A program made the translations under genes and the position numbers. A DNA stretch of 64,000 nucleotides from Tetramitus jugosus (Eukaryota; Protista; Heterolobosea): NCBI GenBank assembly GCA_937625935.1, contig OW569373.1, positions 186,001-250,000 of the forward strand. Reading direction: 5' to 3'. Numbering within the stretch: position 1 is the stretch's first letter; each line of letters starts with the position of its first letter. Shown here in pieces: positions 54,009-64,000 of the stretch. The notes under the pieces were generated by a model. That model was not told the DNA's origin and ran no database searches. It was given only the letters and a program-made list of their open reading frames with translations.

Positions 54009-54505
54009 TAGAATAAAAAACAACAAACGTTTTCGCTGTCAGTTTGGGTTTGAACGTTGGTGTCACCAATAAGCTTCATATTAAGAATACTAAATTCTTG
54101 CAACCTTTGCTTTTCACGGTTCGCCAGCAGTCTCACCGATGTCTCCTAATACAGCGGCACAAATCCGCCACATAAAAAGCATCTTTCGAATGACACACGA
54201 AACAAATACATCAGTCTATTCGTCCATTAAAATTCCATTACAGAGTTACTTACGAACAATATATTAGCAATTTTATTTAAGAAATGTTTAATTTTATTAA
54301 TATTATTAATATAAGTATATGTTATTTTACATGAATTACGGTTAAATAAATTGTGTATCAGTTCTTGTTGTTAAATAATTCCGCGTTGCATAAATGTGCT
54401 AATTATTAGAGTTTTCATTCCAAAGCTTCTTCGTTGCCTTAGTTTTTTCTCTTGGTTGCGGCACACAAGAGGAAGACCCTGCAAACAACAAGCAATCAAA
54501 AACAA

Positions 54506-55903
54506 ATGCATTTCTTCAAAGTGCTTCACCGCATCCTCATCCTATCGCTCGTGATTGTGTTGTCTTTTAGTCTATGGGTGACAATCTGTCCTCATAGATA
54601 CAATCACTTGACGACAACCATTCAATCCTTTGGAAAGAATCACTTGATTCGATTCATGAGTGATGATGAGAATGCACAAGAGAGTGATTGGCGACGGCCA
54701 TTCTTGAATGCAACACCATTCAATTCTCACTCTATCATGCAATACACTGTCATGTGTTACTTGATCTTATTGTTTGTGTGTTCGATTGTGTTACGACATG
54801 GACTCGGATATCCAATTGTTCTCTCATTGATTTTCTATGTGTTGGTGATGAACAATCGTCATGATCAGAATAATAACAGTAGCACAAGTACTCGGAGTGG
54901 TGAATCCATTCTGTCATTTTCACACAATCGATTGCTCACTGTGATTCTACTGTCCATCAGTTTATTGTTAACCATTGTCAAATGGTTGATTCTTGTGATT
55001 CAGAGTGTCAATCATGATGAGATCAACACCACTATGACTACTACTACTACTACTCGTACGAACAACAACAAATATGGAATAACGACGACAACAATTGACG
55101 AGAAACAACATGATGATCAGAGTAGTAAGCACATGCATGCCAATCAAGTGACTCATAACACTCCTCATAACAACAATCAATCGATTCAATTGGCTGAACC
55201 AATCTTTCAATTCAAGAGAGATATGATTGTACTACCCATTGTTCCACTCAATGATTTGAATCAATTGAATAATAATAACAACAACAACAATAGGATGCAA
55301 CCAATGATGAAACAGAAGAATCATGATGATAATGACAACAACAACAACAACAACAACAACAGTATGATAATGAGCTGTCCAATGAATACTGAAATTGTAC
55401 CCAAATTTCAACAATTGCTGCTACTGGATGACGACAATTACAATCATAACAATTACAATCATAGCAATCAAATGATTGATGATGAAGATGATGAGTTGAG
55501 TCAAATATTTCGAATGAGTACTCCCATTGCAAATGACAACAACAAGATCTATCAACAACAACATCAACCAACACCACTACTATCACTCTCTCCATTCACT
55601 TCATCCTCTTCTCCATTCACTCATCATCAACTATTATCATCATCATTATCACCAACAGTCTCACCAACAGCAGCAATCCCAAGTGAAAATGAAAATAAGA
55701 CAATAACAACAACAACAACAACAACAGTAGTGACATCATCATCATCATCATCACAATTCATGAACAGTGTAAAATCTCTGTTATCATTCATGTCATATCG
55801 GATATTGATGACCAGTGTGTTCTTTGCTCTCTCATTTGCATACATGATTCTCGTTCATTCCTATGATGACTCGTACGATGATTCATCATCAACATCACTA
55901 TGA
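54506..55903 (+). CDS. Uncharacterised multi-pass membrane protein
   Basis: About 5 hydrophobic segments around N/T/S-rich loops; first ATG at 54506. Confidence 0.7.
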   Translation: MHFFKVLHRILILSLVIVLSFSLWVTICPHRYNHLTTTIQSFGKNHLIRFMSDDENAQESDWRRPFLNATPFNSHSIMQYTVMCYLILLFVCSIVLRHGLGYPIVLSLIFYVLVMNNRHDQNNNSSTSTRSGESILSFSHNRLLTVILLSISLLLTIVKWLILVIQSVNHDEINTTMTTTTTTRTNNNKYGITTTTIDEKQHDDQSSKHMHANQVTHNTPHNNNQSIQLAEPIFQFKRDMIVLPIVPLNDLNQLNNNNNNNNRMQPMMKQKNHDDNDNNNNNNNNSMIMSCPMNTEIVPKFQQLLLLDDDNYNHNNYNHSNQMIDDEDDELSQIFRMSTPIANDNNKIYQQQHQPTPLLSLSPFTSSSSPFTHHQLLSSSLSPTVSPTAAIPSENENKTITTTTTTTVVTSSSSSSQFMNSVKSLLSFMSYRILMTSVFFALSFAYMILVHSYDDSYDDSSSTSL

Positions 55904-55906
55904 TCC

Positions 55907-55983
55907 ATATAGATATCTATATATATATATATATATCTATATGTGTGAACGAACAATAATAACAATGTGTGTGTGTGTGTGTG
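55907..55983. repeat. (TA)n and (TG)n microsatellites in a convergent spacer
   Basis: Direct reading. Confidence 0.9.
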
Positions 55984-56022
55984 ACATTCATTGGTGATAT
56001 TTAATCATCTCGATGATAATAT

Positions 56023-57312
56023 CTAAACTCTGTTTGAGAGAGATAGAGATAGATACTCTTGTTGTAATCGATTGGCTCCAGCCGTTGCCAACTTGTCTGC
56101 CATTTCATTGCCTTCGTTGCCACTGTGACCTGCAACGTATTCAAATCTCACTGCACCTACTCTCTCATCAATCAATTGACACAACTCTTGAATCAAATCT
56201 CTATTCAATACACTATTATTACTATTATTGCTATTACTAGTATTATTACTATTACTACTGTTATTGTTGTTATTGTTGTTATTGTTGTTACTCTTACTCT
56301 TCCATCCATTCTTCTCCCATTTCCATCTCCAAACAGTGACACAATTGATCAAGTATTGTGAATCTGTTCTTATGAGTACGTGATCACAGTCACGAACACA
56401 GTACTTGAGACATGTGAGTGCTGCCATGATCTCTGCTCTATTGTTGGATGGTTTCACAATTGTTGTTGTTGTACTAGTAGTAGTAGTAGTAGTACTATTG
56501 TTATTGTTATTGTTATTGTTGGTATTGCTTGTATTCATTGTTGTTGTTGTTGTATCATTATTATCAATCATACTATTGTTGTGACGTGTGTTCATACTGT
56601 AGTGTTCATGAGCAGTGGACACATTGCGTTCATCATCTCTTCCAAAATAGATGCCAATGCCCGATACTGCCAATTGTGTCCCATTGTTCAAACAACTACC
56701 ATCTGTATACACTATAATGTACTCGTCTGCTTGTTTTATTTGTTGTTCATCATTACCATCAATAGCTGTAGAGGTAGTCGTATTATTAGTAGTAGTAGAT
56801 TCAGTATTATTAGTATTAGTAGTAGTAGTAGCAGTAGAAGAAGAAGGACGAGGACAGAATATGGGTGATGTAGATGATTGATGCATCTCTTGTCTCTTTT
56901 TTCTATCTTCATAACTCTGTGAGATTCTTCCATGTGGTGATGATGATTGTATCATTGTTGATGTAGTTGTTGTTGTTGTTGTTGTTGATGTAAGTGTTGC
57001 TGATTGTCTTGTTCTGGTTCGACTGGTGGTGGCTCTCGCTTTCGTAGTAGTAGTAGTAGTATTGTTTGCCGTGATTGTTGGTTTTGTTACTCTTGATGAT
57101 GATGATGATGATGACTTGTTGAGACAAAAGGCACCAACACCACCACAAGAGAAGCAACGATTGACATGATTGTTGTTCATCATGTTTGTTGTTATTGTTG
57201 TTGTGAATGGAATCATCATCATTGATTGTGGAATATAAAAGTAACTGCGTTGATGATGATGATGAGACATGTGAATCATCATGGAATTCCACAATCTCAA
57301 CTTGCCTTGCAT
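56023..57312 (-). CDS. RNASEH1: Ribonuclease H1
   Basis: VYTDGS, GIGIYFG, NNRAEI, IRTDSQY, W..KWEKNGW, VLNRDL, GHSGNEGNEMADKLA; presequence-like N-terminus from ATG 57312. Confidence 0.92.
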   Translation of the reverse strand: MQGKLRLWNSMMIHMSHHHHQRSYFYIPQSMMMIPFTTTITTNMMNNNHVNRCFSCGGVGAFCLNKSSSSSSSRVTKPTITANNTTTTTTKARATTSRTRTRQSATLTSTTTTTTTTSTMIQSSSPHGRISQSYEDRKKRQEMHQSSTSPIFCPRPSSSTATTTTNTNNTESTTTNNTTTSTAIDGNDEQQIKQADEYIIVYTDGSCLNNGTQLAVSGIGIYFGRDDERNVSTAHEHYSMNTRHNNSMIDNNDTTTTTMNTSNTNNNNNNNNSTTTTTTSTTTTIVKPSNNRAEIMAALTCLKYCVRDCDHVLIRTDSQYLINCVTVWRWKWEKNGWKSKSNNNNNNNNNNSSNSNNTSNSNNSNNSVLNRDLIQELCQLIDERVGAVRFEYVAGHSGNEGNEMADKLATAGANRLQQEYLSLSLSNRV

Positions 57313-57511
57313 TTTTGTATTGTGCGGTGTTTTTTGTTTTTGTGTGAAAAGGGCGCCAAAACTACAATCGGAGTTTGAGACAAAAAATTTGGGAGAGATG
57401 ACGAGCATTGTGATTCCCACGTCATTTGTCATCCAATCTCTCTCGACCTCAAAATCAAAAAACAAACGAACAAAAACACACAAACCTTTTGTACTCATAT
57501 AAATATTCATC

Positions 57512-57781
57512 ATGAACTATAGCGTCGATATGGAAATTCAGCACTTGGTGCACGAAATCAAGAGATTGGCCCCTGAGAACCCAGACGGTACCTACACTAC
57601 TACATTTGGTGTCATTTTCAAGGATGACATTGTTCAAAACTTGTTGGAATCATTGGTTGGTACCATGAAGGCTGCCAAGAAACGTGGCATTATTAACTTT
57701 GCTGGTGAATTCTTGCTCTCTCCAACTCATGACGCAGTTGTTGTTACACTGTTGAAGCCTGATTACACTGCTCCACAATAG
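57512..57781 (+). CDS. Costars/ABRACL family protein
   Basis: VDMEIQHLVHEIKRL, TFGVIF.DD, ESLVGTMKAAKKRG.I.FAGEFLL. Confidence 0.95.
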   Translation: MNYSVDMEIQHLVHEIKRLAPENPDGTYTTTFGVIFKDDIVQNLLESLVGTMKAAKKRGIINFAGEFLLSPTHDAVVVTLLKPDYTAPQ

Positions 57782-57971
57782 ATTTACAAACATTGATGAA
57801 TTGACTCATGAGTGTTGTAGTAGTAGTACTAGTACCAGTAGTAGTAGTAGTCGTAGTTGTTTCTCTGATCAGAGATTCCTGTCCATCAACCATTTGTCAT
57901 TCATTTGTACATTGATTCAAACTTGTGAATAAAATGCAAAATTAAAAAACAACAATTTTTTTATTTTGTGA

Positions 57972-60943
57972 TCAGTTTGGATCCAACGCTTGATGGTTGT
58001 TGAATGAAAGGGTAATAATGGAGGAAGATGGTATTGCTGTGCCTGACAAGGTTGATGACGATGGTGGTGAAGGTGCTGATGAAGCCAACAAGATGTTCTT
58101 CTCCTTGATTTGTCTCGTTAGCAAGTTGACCTTTGTTTCATATTCATCCACTTGGTTTCTAGCTTGTTCCGAGCATTCGAATTTCTCTCTTCTCAATTGT
58201 TGTTGAATTTGCTTCAGTTCATTCACCTGTCTGTCCAAGTGTTGAACAGATAGGCTCAGTCTCTCGCTGTCCAGCTTCATCGAGGAGTGAATCATTCTTA
58301 ATTGCTCGTTCTCTTGTTTTAATTTGTGGCAGTGTTGCAATAATTGTTCATTGTACTGTTTGCTGTCTGATAACTGCTGTTGAATCACGAGACATTTCTG
58401 ATCAACCAGCAACATGACCTCGTCTCGACTATCGGGTTGACTCGGAGATGAGTTGATAGAGGTCGAGGCTGAACCTCCATGTTGTTCGTACTCCATTACA
58501 CTCTTTGAAGTGAGCACTTGAAGCTCATTCAACAACCTAGTTGCTTCCATTTCTGACTCTTGTTCTTCTCTTTGGTCTTGAAGCAGACTTTGAGGATCAA
58601 TGGATCCACTCTTGAGGCCTTTATGGATCTTGTCCTGCAAACTGTCAATTCGTTTTCTTTGATTTTCTATCAAACTTGTCCACAATTGCTCTCTGATCTT
58701 GTATCCTCTCATTTGATTCCTGACAGACAGAGAATGGTGATACATGGCGGTGAACCTTCTAGAATCTTCCATTGATACAAACTTTTGCAAGTTTTGATAA
58801 CTCTCCAATCGTTTCATCGCTTCTTCCTCCATGTCAGATATCTTCTCTCTCTGAAGTTGAATCTGCACTACCAATTCGGCCACTTCTTTCATATGGACCA
58901 TTTTCGAAGCATTTGTTACTGTTTCAAGAGCGTGTTGTGTGTTTGTAATCCTAGAAAGATATTCAGCCTCTTGTTGCCCAAAGGTTATGTACAAATGGTC
59001 TAGTTTCATCTGAGTCTGCTGTTGTAGAGTTTTGCTATCTTCTATGCGCAACTTTGCAATATCATACCACTTGGACAACTTCCAAAACTTTTCTTCCATG
59101 TCCGTACCTACTACTTGTTGACTCTTCCTCAAGTATTGAAGAATATCTCCAAATGTTTGCTCCATTTCGCTCTCGTTAAAGTCTTGGTCTGATCTGTCTG
59201 AAGAAGTCTCACTAGATTCCACACTCAATCCTTCGAAAGATGATTCTCTCCTCTTCTTACTTCTTAAGAAATCATTTGTCTTCTTCAATCGTCCTATTTC
59301 AACTTCCATCTTACTAATTTTCTGAGCGGTTTCAAACTCTTCGACCACAGGTCTTTGTTCGAATTTTTGAATTGAACATCGCAATTGCTCGATCTCATTC
59401 TTATACTGAAGCTCCTTTTCAGAAAACTTAGATCCTTGCTCCAATAGAATGCTGTTATCTTGACTTTGCTTCCGAGTCATTACATCTTTTTGTAGCATCA
59501 CCAACTTCAATTGTACCTCTTTACATTCACTTTTCAAATCCGTAACTAACTCATTCAATTGGGAGTTTTCTTTTTCCAAATTTCTGATTCTATCCTGTTG
59601 AATCACTCGAATTTGCCTGAGTCTTAACAATTCTTCGGAATAATCTTCGTCTACTACATGGTGAATCTGGTCTGCCTCAAACGATATTTCATCCTCTAAT
59701 TTCTTCAGTTGAAGTTTAAAATCTTGTTGTTCATTGATTCTTTGACTGAGTTTCGAAAATATAGTCTCAGCTGCTGTTAAATATTGTCTCTCCTTTTCGT
59801 AACTCAATTCATTCTCGTGCTGAGTATGGATCTCTCGTAACTTATTCTCAAAATTGTTTTTCACGATTTCTTTTTCTTCCCTCAAGTAACTTATTTGACG
59901 ATTCAGGCTCTCTATCTCATACTTCATCTTGGACAATAGAATTTCACCCTTCATTCGGTTGGATTCACTCTTCCAAAGAATAGAGGAATTCTGCTGATCG
60001 ATTGACAGAGAAGATTCTGATAGTCTAGATCTTCCCGTTTTCAACTCCTCTGACACAATAAGCCATGTAAGCTACGAAAGTCAATAGAAATGAAAAAGAA
60101 GGACATACCAATCATTTGTTGAGAGTTCTGTAGCATACTTCTGAGGTCAATGTTGGCTTCGAGCATCTTATCAATTTTCCTTTGGGTGAGGTCAGTTTGA
60201 ATTAATTTTTCAGGCTTGATCGCTTCTGAATAGTCCAGATTCTTGCTGAGAACAGCTAAACTCTCCTCATCATAGTTGAGTATTGATCTAGTGTTCTGTT
60301 CTTTGATTTCTGATATGGAATCCATATCGAAATTATCTGTCTGAGGTTGCCCATATGGTCCTATGGATTGGTTGAGATCAATCACATGATCAGTTGAATC
60401 ATATTGGAGACAGGAGATGGACTTGTCACTCTGCAAAAATTCAGCCAACTCCCCAGGTATAGGATACATAAAATCAACAGAAAAGTCTGCAAGAAAAGGG
60501 TGAAAATGAATTCAATGACAGGCATGATTCACAACATGGTACTTACCATTCTCAGTTTTTAACGAACTTAAAAAGTACAACATGACGAGAAAGTAATAGA
60601 TGGGTTCGAATTTCATGTCTAGTATCGCTCTCACATCACAAACGCTCATTGGTAACCCTATCGAGTCCATTAGTTGAGCCACAATGTTCCAATTGTTCAA
60701 ATAATGATTCTTCGTTGTGCATTTTTCAATGATCGAAAGCTCTTTGAACTGAATGGCATGAGGCCACACAATCTCAAACAACCGTAGCACAATGATTGCA
60801 TCTCTAAACTGCGAAAGCTCTGATATCTTAATGGAAGTGATCCTTGAGGCCCATTCGAACAAATGCTTCTCACCAATCGGTTGTTCGTCAATGGTTCTCA
60901 ATGATAGATGTTTCTTGGGTTGTTGTTGTTGACTCATTTCCAT
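57972..60943 (-). CDS. N-terminal calponin-homology-like domain plus long coiled coil, 3 exons, about 950 aa
   Basis: Exons 60943-60547, 60486-60109, 60049-57972 keep frame; LFEWASRIT..I..LSQFRDA...NNW; heptad-rich remainder. Confidence 0.75.
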
Positions 60944-61113
60944 TGATCAAAACAAGTAGAGCTCGATAACTACTTGTGATTCTCCTACTTGTTCTCGCTT
61001 GCAGTAAATGTACTCCTGGCGCGAAAAAAGAAACTCCATTCGCTATTCGAAAACTGATGTTTGTATTTTTTATTGTTGGATGTGGATGTGGCGTCGTGTG
61101 CATCACGATTCAA

Positions 61114-62925
61114 TTAGTCAGATCCCAGAAGCATCATGGCATCTTTGATGTACCTTCTTGCAGTTGCTACATCATCAAACTGTAATGCACTCATGGCAAA
61201 TTTACAATACTTTTGAGCCTTCATTTTGTCATCCAATGATGGTTCTTTGGTCTCCAATGTCATCACAACACCACCACCACTTCCACTATTCATATTACTA
61301 TTCATACTACTATTCATATTACTATTCATGGTATTCTTGTTGTTCATGAGTGGTGGATTCGAATTGTACATGGTTTGTTGTTGTTGTGGTTGTTGTTGTT
61401 TCATCAGTGGTGGTGGTGGTTGAGAAGAGGATAGCGATGAAGATGATGGTGATGGCAATGATGATGGAGATGCAGATGACATGGAAGCAGACAATGATGG
61501 TGAAGGTGATGATCGATGAACATTGAACTGATTCACTTGTTGTTGTACATCACTGTCCTCACGACCACCATAATTATTAAAACTATTATTATGATAGTTG
61601 CTACTTTGATAATTGTTGTTGTTGCTCAAGTCATTGTTCTGTTGAGGTGTCATATTACTACTACTACTGCTGCTGCTGCTGCTCTTGTTATAATAATCAC
61701 TAAAGTGATTCTCCGTTTGGAACTGTCTTAATCTTCTCTCGAAATCATCATGAACATTGCCATCGTTATCATTGGTTGCATGAGTTGCTGTTGCATGTGT
61801 TGGTGTAGGTGAGATGGATGATGATGATGTTGATGTAGGTGATGGTGATGATGATGAAGACAATGATGTTCCATAGAATTGTGAGGAGAGAGATGCGAGT
61901 GAAGATGGTGGTGGTGGTGGAGGTGATGATGATGATGATGATACAGATGGTGTAGCAAATGAATATCTCTGCTGCTGTTGTTGTTGTTGTTGTTCTTGAT
62001 AGGGTGATGCTGTTCTTGTATCATTTGCTGTTTGATTACTATTAAAGTATTGATCAAATTCATAGGATTGTTGTTGTTGTTGCGATGGTGATTCATTGTT
62101 GTTGTAATGATTGTATTGTCCACGACCATTCTCATTATTGGTACTGTTATTATTAGTACTGTAATAGTCATCATAACCGTACGATGATGATGATGATTGT
62201 TGTTGTTGTTGTTGAGAGAATGATGTACTTTGATGAGGAGATGTCGTATTGGATGTTTGATAATAATCAGAATAGGATGATGATGATGATGGTTGTTGTT
62301 GTTGTTGTTGATATTGATTCTCCTCCTCTTCCTCTTCTTCTTCTGTTTCCTCTGTTTCTTCTGTTTCTTCTGTGGCAGTTGTCGTCTTCATTTGTTGTTC
62401 TTGATAGGAACCTGGTTGAATCGTTTCACCAGTCTTGATACATCTGGAAATCTCTGCAGCCTTCCATCTCGCATACTTGTGCTTCTCCATCAAATCACTT
62501 GACAATTCTCCACCAAACTGCTTGGTTACTTCCATGAGCACACTGCTGGCATAGAACAATTTGGCAACACTGGGTGTGTGCTGTCCCAATCGATCATGAT
62601 CATCTGCTTTTTGAAACATTTTCAATGCAAACAATTCAACAGTGGCACGTCCTTCTTCAGTGTTGGGTGACAATTGTTCCTTGTCTCTCTCCAATTGATT
62701 CATGAGTGATACAATAAATTGAGTGCATTGGTCTCTGTCATTATTGTTGTTGTTGTTGTTGTTGTTATTGGATTGTTTCATGAGTGTAATGCCCAATTGT
62801 GCTGCATAGGTTCTACAATAAAAGGCAACAAGTGGACCTCTCAATTCAAAATCATTGGCTCTCTGTAGATAGGGAAGAATGGGTTTTAGACTGGGTGGGA
62901 GTGAATTGACAAGATCAGCCATCAT
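61114..62925 (-). CDS. VTA1: Vps4 cofactor Vta1/LIP5
   Basis: LPPSLKPILPYLQRA..VAFYCRTYA..KYARWKAAEI; C-terminal VSL AQKYCKFAMSALQFDDVATA. Confidence 0.95.
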   Translation of the reverse strand: MMADLVNSLPPSLKPILPYLQRANDFELRGPLVAFYCRTYAAQLGITLMKQSNNNNNNNNNNDRDQCTQFIVSLMNQLERDKEQLSPNTEEGRATVELFALKMFQKADDHDRLGQHTPSVAKLFYASSVLMEVTKQFGGELSSDLMEKHKYARWKAAEISRCIKTGETIQPGSYQEQQMKTTTATEETEETEETEEEEEEEENQYQQQQQQPSSSSSYSDYYQTSNTTSPHQSTSFSQQQQQQSSSSSYGYDDYYSTNNNSTNNENGRGQYNHYNNNESPSQQQQQSYEFDQYFNSNQTANDTRTASPYQEQQQQQQQQRYSFATPSVSSSSSSPPPPPPSSLASLSSQFYGTSLSSSSSPSPTSTSSSSISPTPTHATATHATNDNDGNVHDDFERRLRQFQTENHFSDYYNKSSSSSSSSSNMTPQQNNDLSNNNNYQSSNYHNNSFNNYGGREDSDVQQQVNQFNVHRSSPSPSLSASMSSASPSSLPSPSSSSLSSSQPPPPLMKQQQPQQQQTMYNSNPPLMNNKNTMNSNMNSSMNSNMNSGSGGGVVMTLETKEPSLDDKMKAQKYCKFAMSALQFDDVATARRYIKDAMMLLGSD

Positions 62926-63563
62926 TAATATGTTTGTGTTATGATTGGTATTGTTGGTGGGTAATGGAGACGAATGACGAAACAAAAGAATAACAACGCT
63001 GATTGCTTTTTTTTTTCTGCAACAACAGAATAGATGATTTCGAGTGTTCGGTTTTTGATGTCGGCGATTTCCTCCACACAATGGTTTTTTTTGGCTTGTT
63101 CAAGGAACTGGACGAACGATCCTTGTGGAACATTCCAGTATGGTAGTTGAAGGAAAGCATTTTGTGCCAGTTGACAAAATGTCTGTTCCTTTCGTGTTTT
63201 TTCTGCTGGTGTTAGCCTGTTGCCAGATCTCCGGAGATACAAAAACCAGAATACATCATGTTTCAGCTCAGGAGTTTGTGATTTGCCTTTGGGTGACAAA
63301 CGTAGTTTTTCTTTGACATTTGACAGATAACTAATCCCTTGTGACCACAAAAGAGTGGAAACTATCGCACTCTTGTTCTGCCCACGCAGGAACAAGTCGC
63401 AAGCAGTATTGCGGTAATTTATCCCACAACTTGACACTGTCTCTTGCGTTGTTTTCTCCCCATCAACAATCATAACAAGTAAACCACAACTACTGCTACT
63501 ACTAGATAGATATCACCTCGGACAAGGTCACTCACTCAAAAGAAGAACAAAAGGATATCCAGG

Positions 63564-64000
63564 ATGAAGAAATCAATCGTGCCTTTATCGTTCAAGTCCA
63601 CGATACCATTGTTTCTACTATGTACAGTCACAGTCGTCACACTGATAATGGTTACAATGAGCAACTTTGTTGCTGCTGCTGCTGCTGCTGGTGCGGCCAC
63701 CACAAGAATTGACTTGGCATCACTTGGTCAAGATTGGGCAAAGTCATGGTCATCTGAACAGTATGTACCATTCAAAGATCGAATGAGTGATGGAGGAAGT
63801 GTACTCCAGGAGGCACAACCATCAGAGACACCACCTAATGTTTGGAGAAATTTGGCCATGGTGGATCCAGTGACCAATTACACTATCATGGTCATGAGAC
63901 AAACAGAGTCATTTGTTGTTCACCAAAAGTGGATTGAATTGGATAGATTGAAGAGCAATCATACGTTTGGAGATATTGTTGTCGTGTCCATGAATGAGAC
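63564..64000 (+). CDS. 5' part of a probable secreted or membrane protein, truncated by the window edge
   Basis: ATG 63564 is open to the end: MKKSIVPLSFKSTIPLFLLCTVTVVTLIMVTMSNF... with a signal-like hydrophobic stretch. Confidence 0.7.
   Translation, partial: MKKSIVPLSFKSTIPLFLLCTVTVVTLIMVTMSNFVAAAAAAGAATTRIDLASLGQDWAKSWSSEQYVPFKDRMSDGGSVLQEAQPSETPPNVWRNLAMVDPVTNYTIMVMRQTESFVVHQKWIELDRLKSNHTFGDIVVVSMNE

Noticed and set aside
38155-54141. Shared 12-mer GTCTCACCGATG in two spacers
   Set aside because: A single 12-mer match is roughly what chance would give, and the flanks do not align.
43216-62502. Many short ORFs rich in C/V/L/M/H on opposite strands or frames
   Set aside because: They are shadows of trinucleotide repeats inside real genes.
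62925-63473. 182-aa minus-strand ORF upstream of VTA1
   Set aside because: No recognisable motifs; it spans the promoter and hairpin region and is probably spurious.
1-64000. CRISPR arrays, transposase/RT/integrase genes, group I/II introns, alternative genetic code
   Set aside because: No repeat-spacer arrays or diagnostic motifs seen; conserved proteins translate normally and all three stop codons terminate genes.

Overview
Gene-dense eukaryotic (protist) nuclear DNA with about 33 protein genes (two cut by the window edges). Most lack introns; I could reconstruct 12 short GT-AG introns in 7 genes. Many CDSs carry Asn/Gln/Thr/Ser/His microsatellite tracts. Gene content and style (bacterial-type Cache-domain cyclase, Zn2Cys6 factor, RCC1 and F-box proteins, few introns) suggest a heterolobosean-like amoeba, which is inference only. 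Not in the ORF track, or only in fragments: tRNA-Ala(CGC), a solitary 5S rRNA gene, and spliced Yos1, CKS1, mucolipin, BRE1, MED14, MPC and CH-domain genes. The main unexplained signal is that nearly every promoter-bearing intergenic spacer contains nested inverted repeats, often with G-T pairs and little shared primary sequence, while convergent spacers are mostly short and unstructured. The best example is a fold with tRNA-type A/B boxes just upstream of the 5S gene. Other notable items: an F-box-Rho fusion with atypical G12/Q61 positions, a C2-permuted NlpC/P60 fusion, a 2455-aa bacterial-style Ig/cadherin-repeat VWA adhesin, a RAMA-like protein, a dephospho-CoA kinase with a Walker A K-to-Q change, E2F-like motifs, and a head-to-head TFB1M/NOA1 pair. 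All pairings, counts and domain calls were made by eye; no folding or database search was run.
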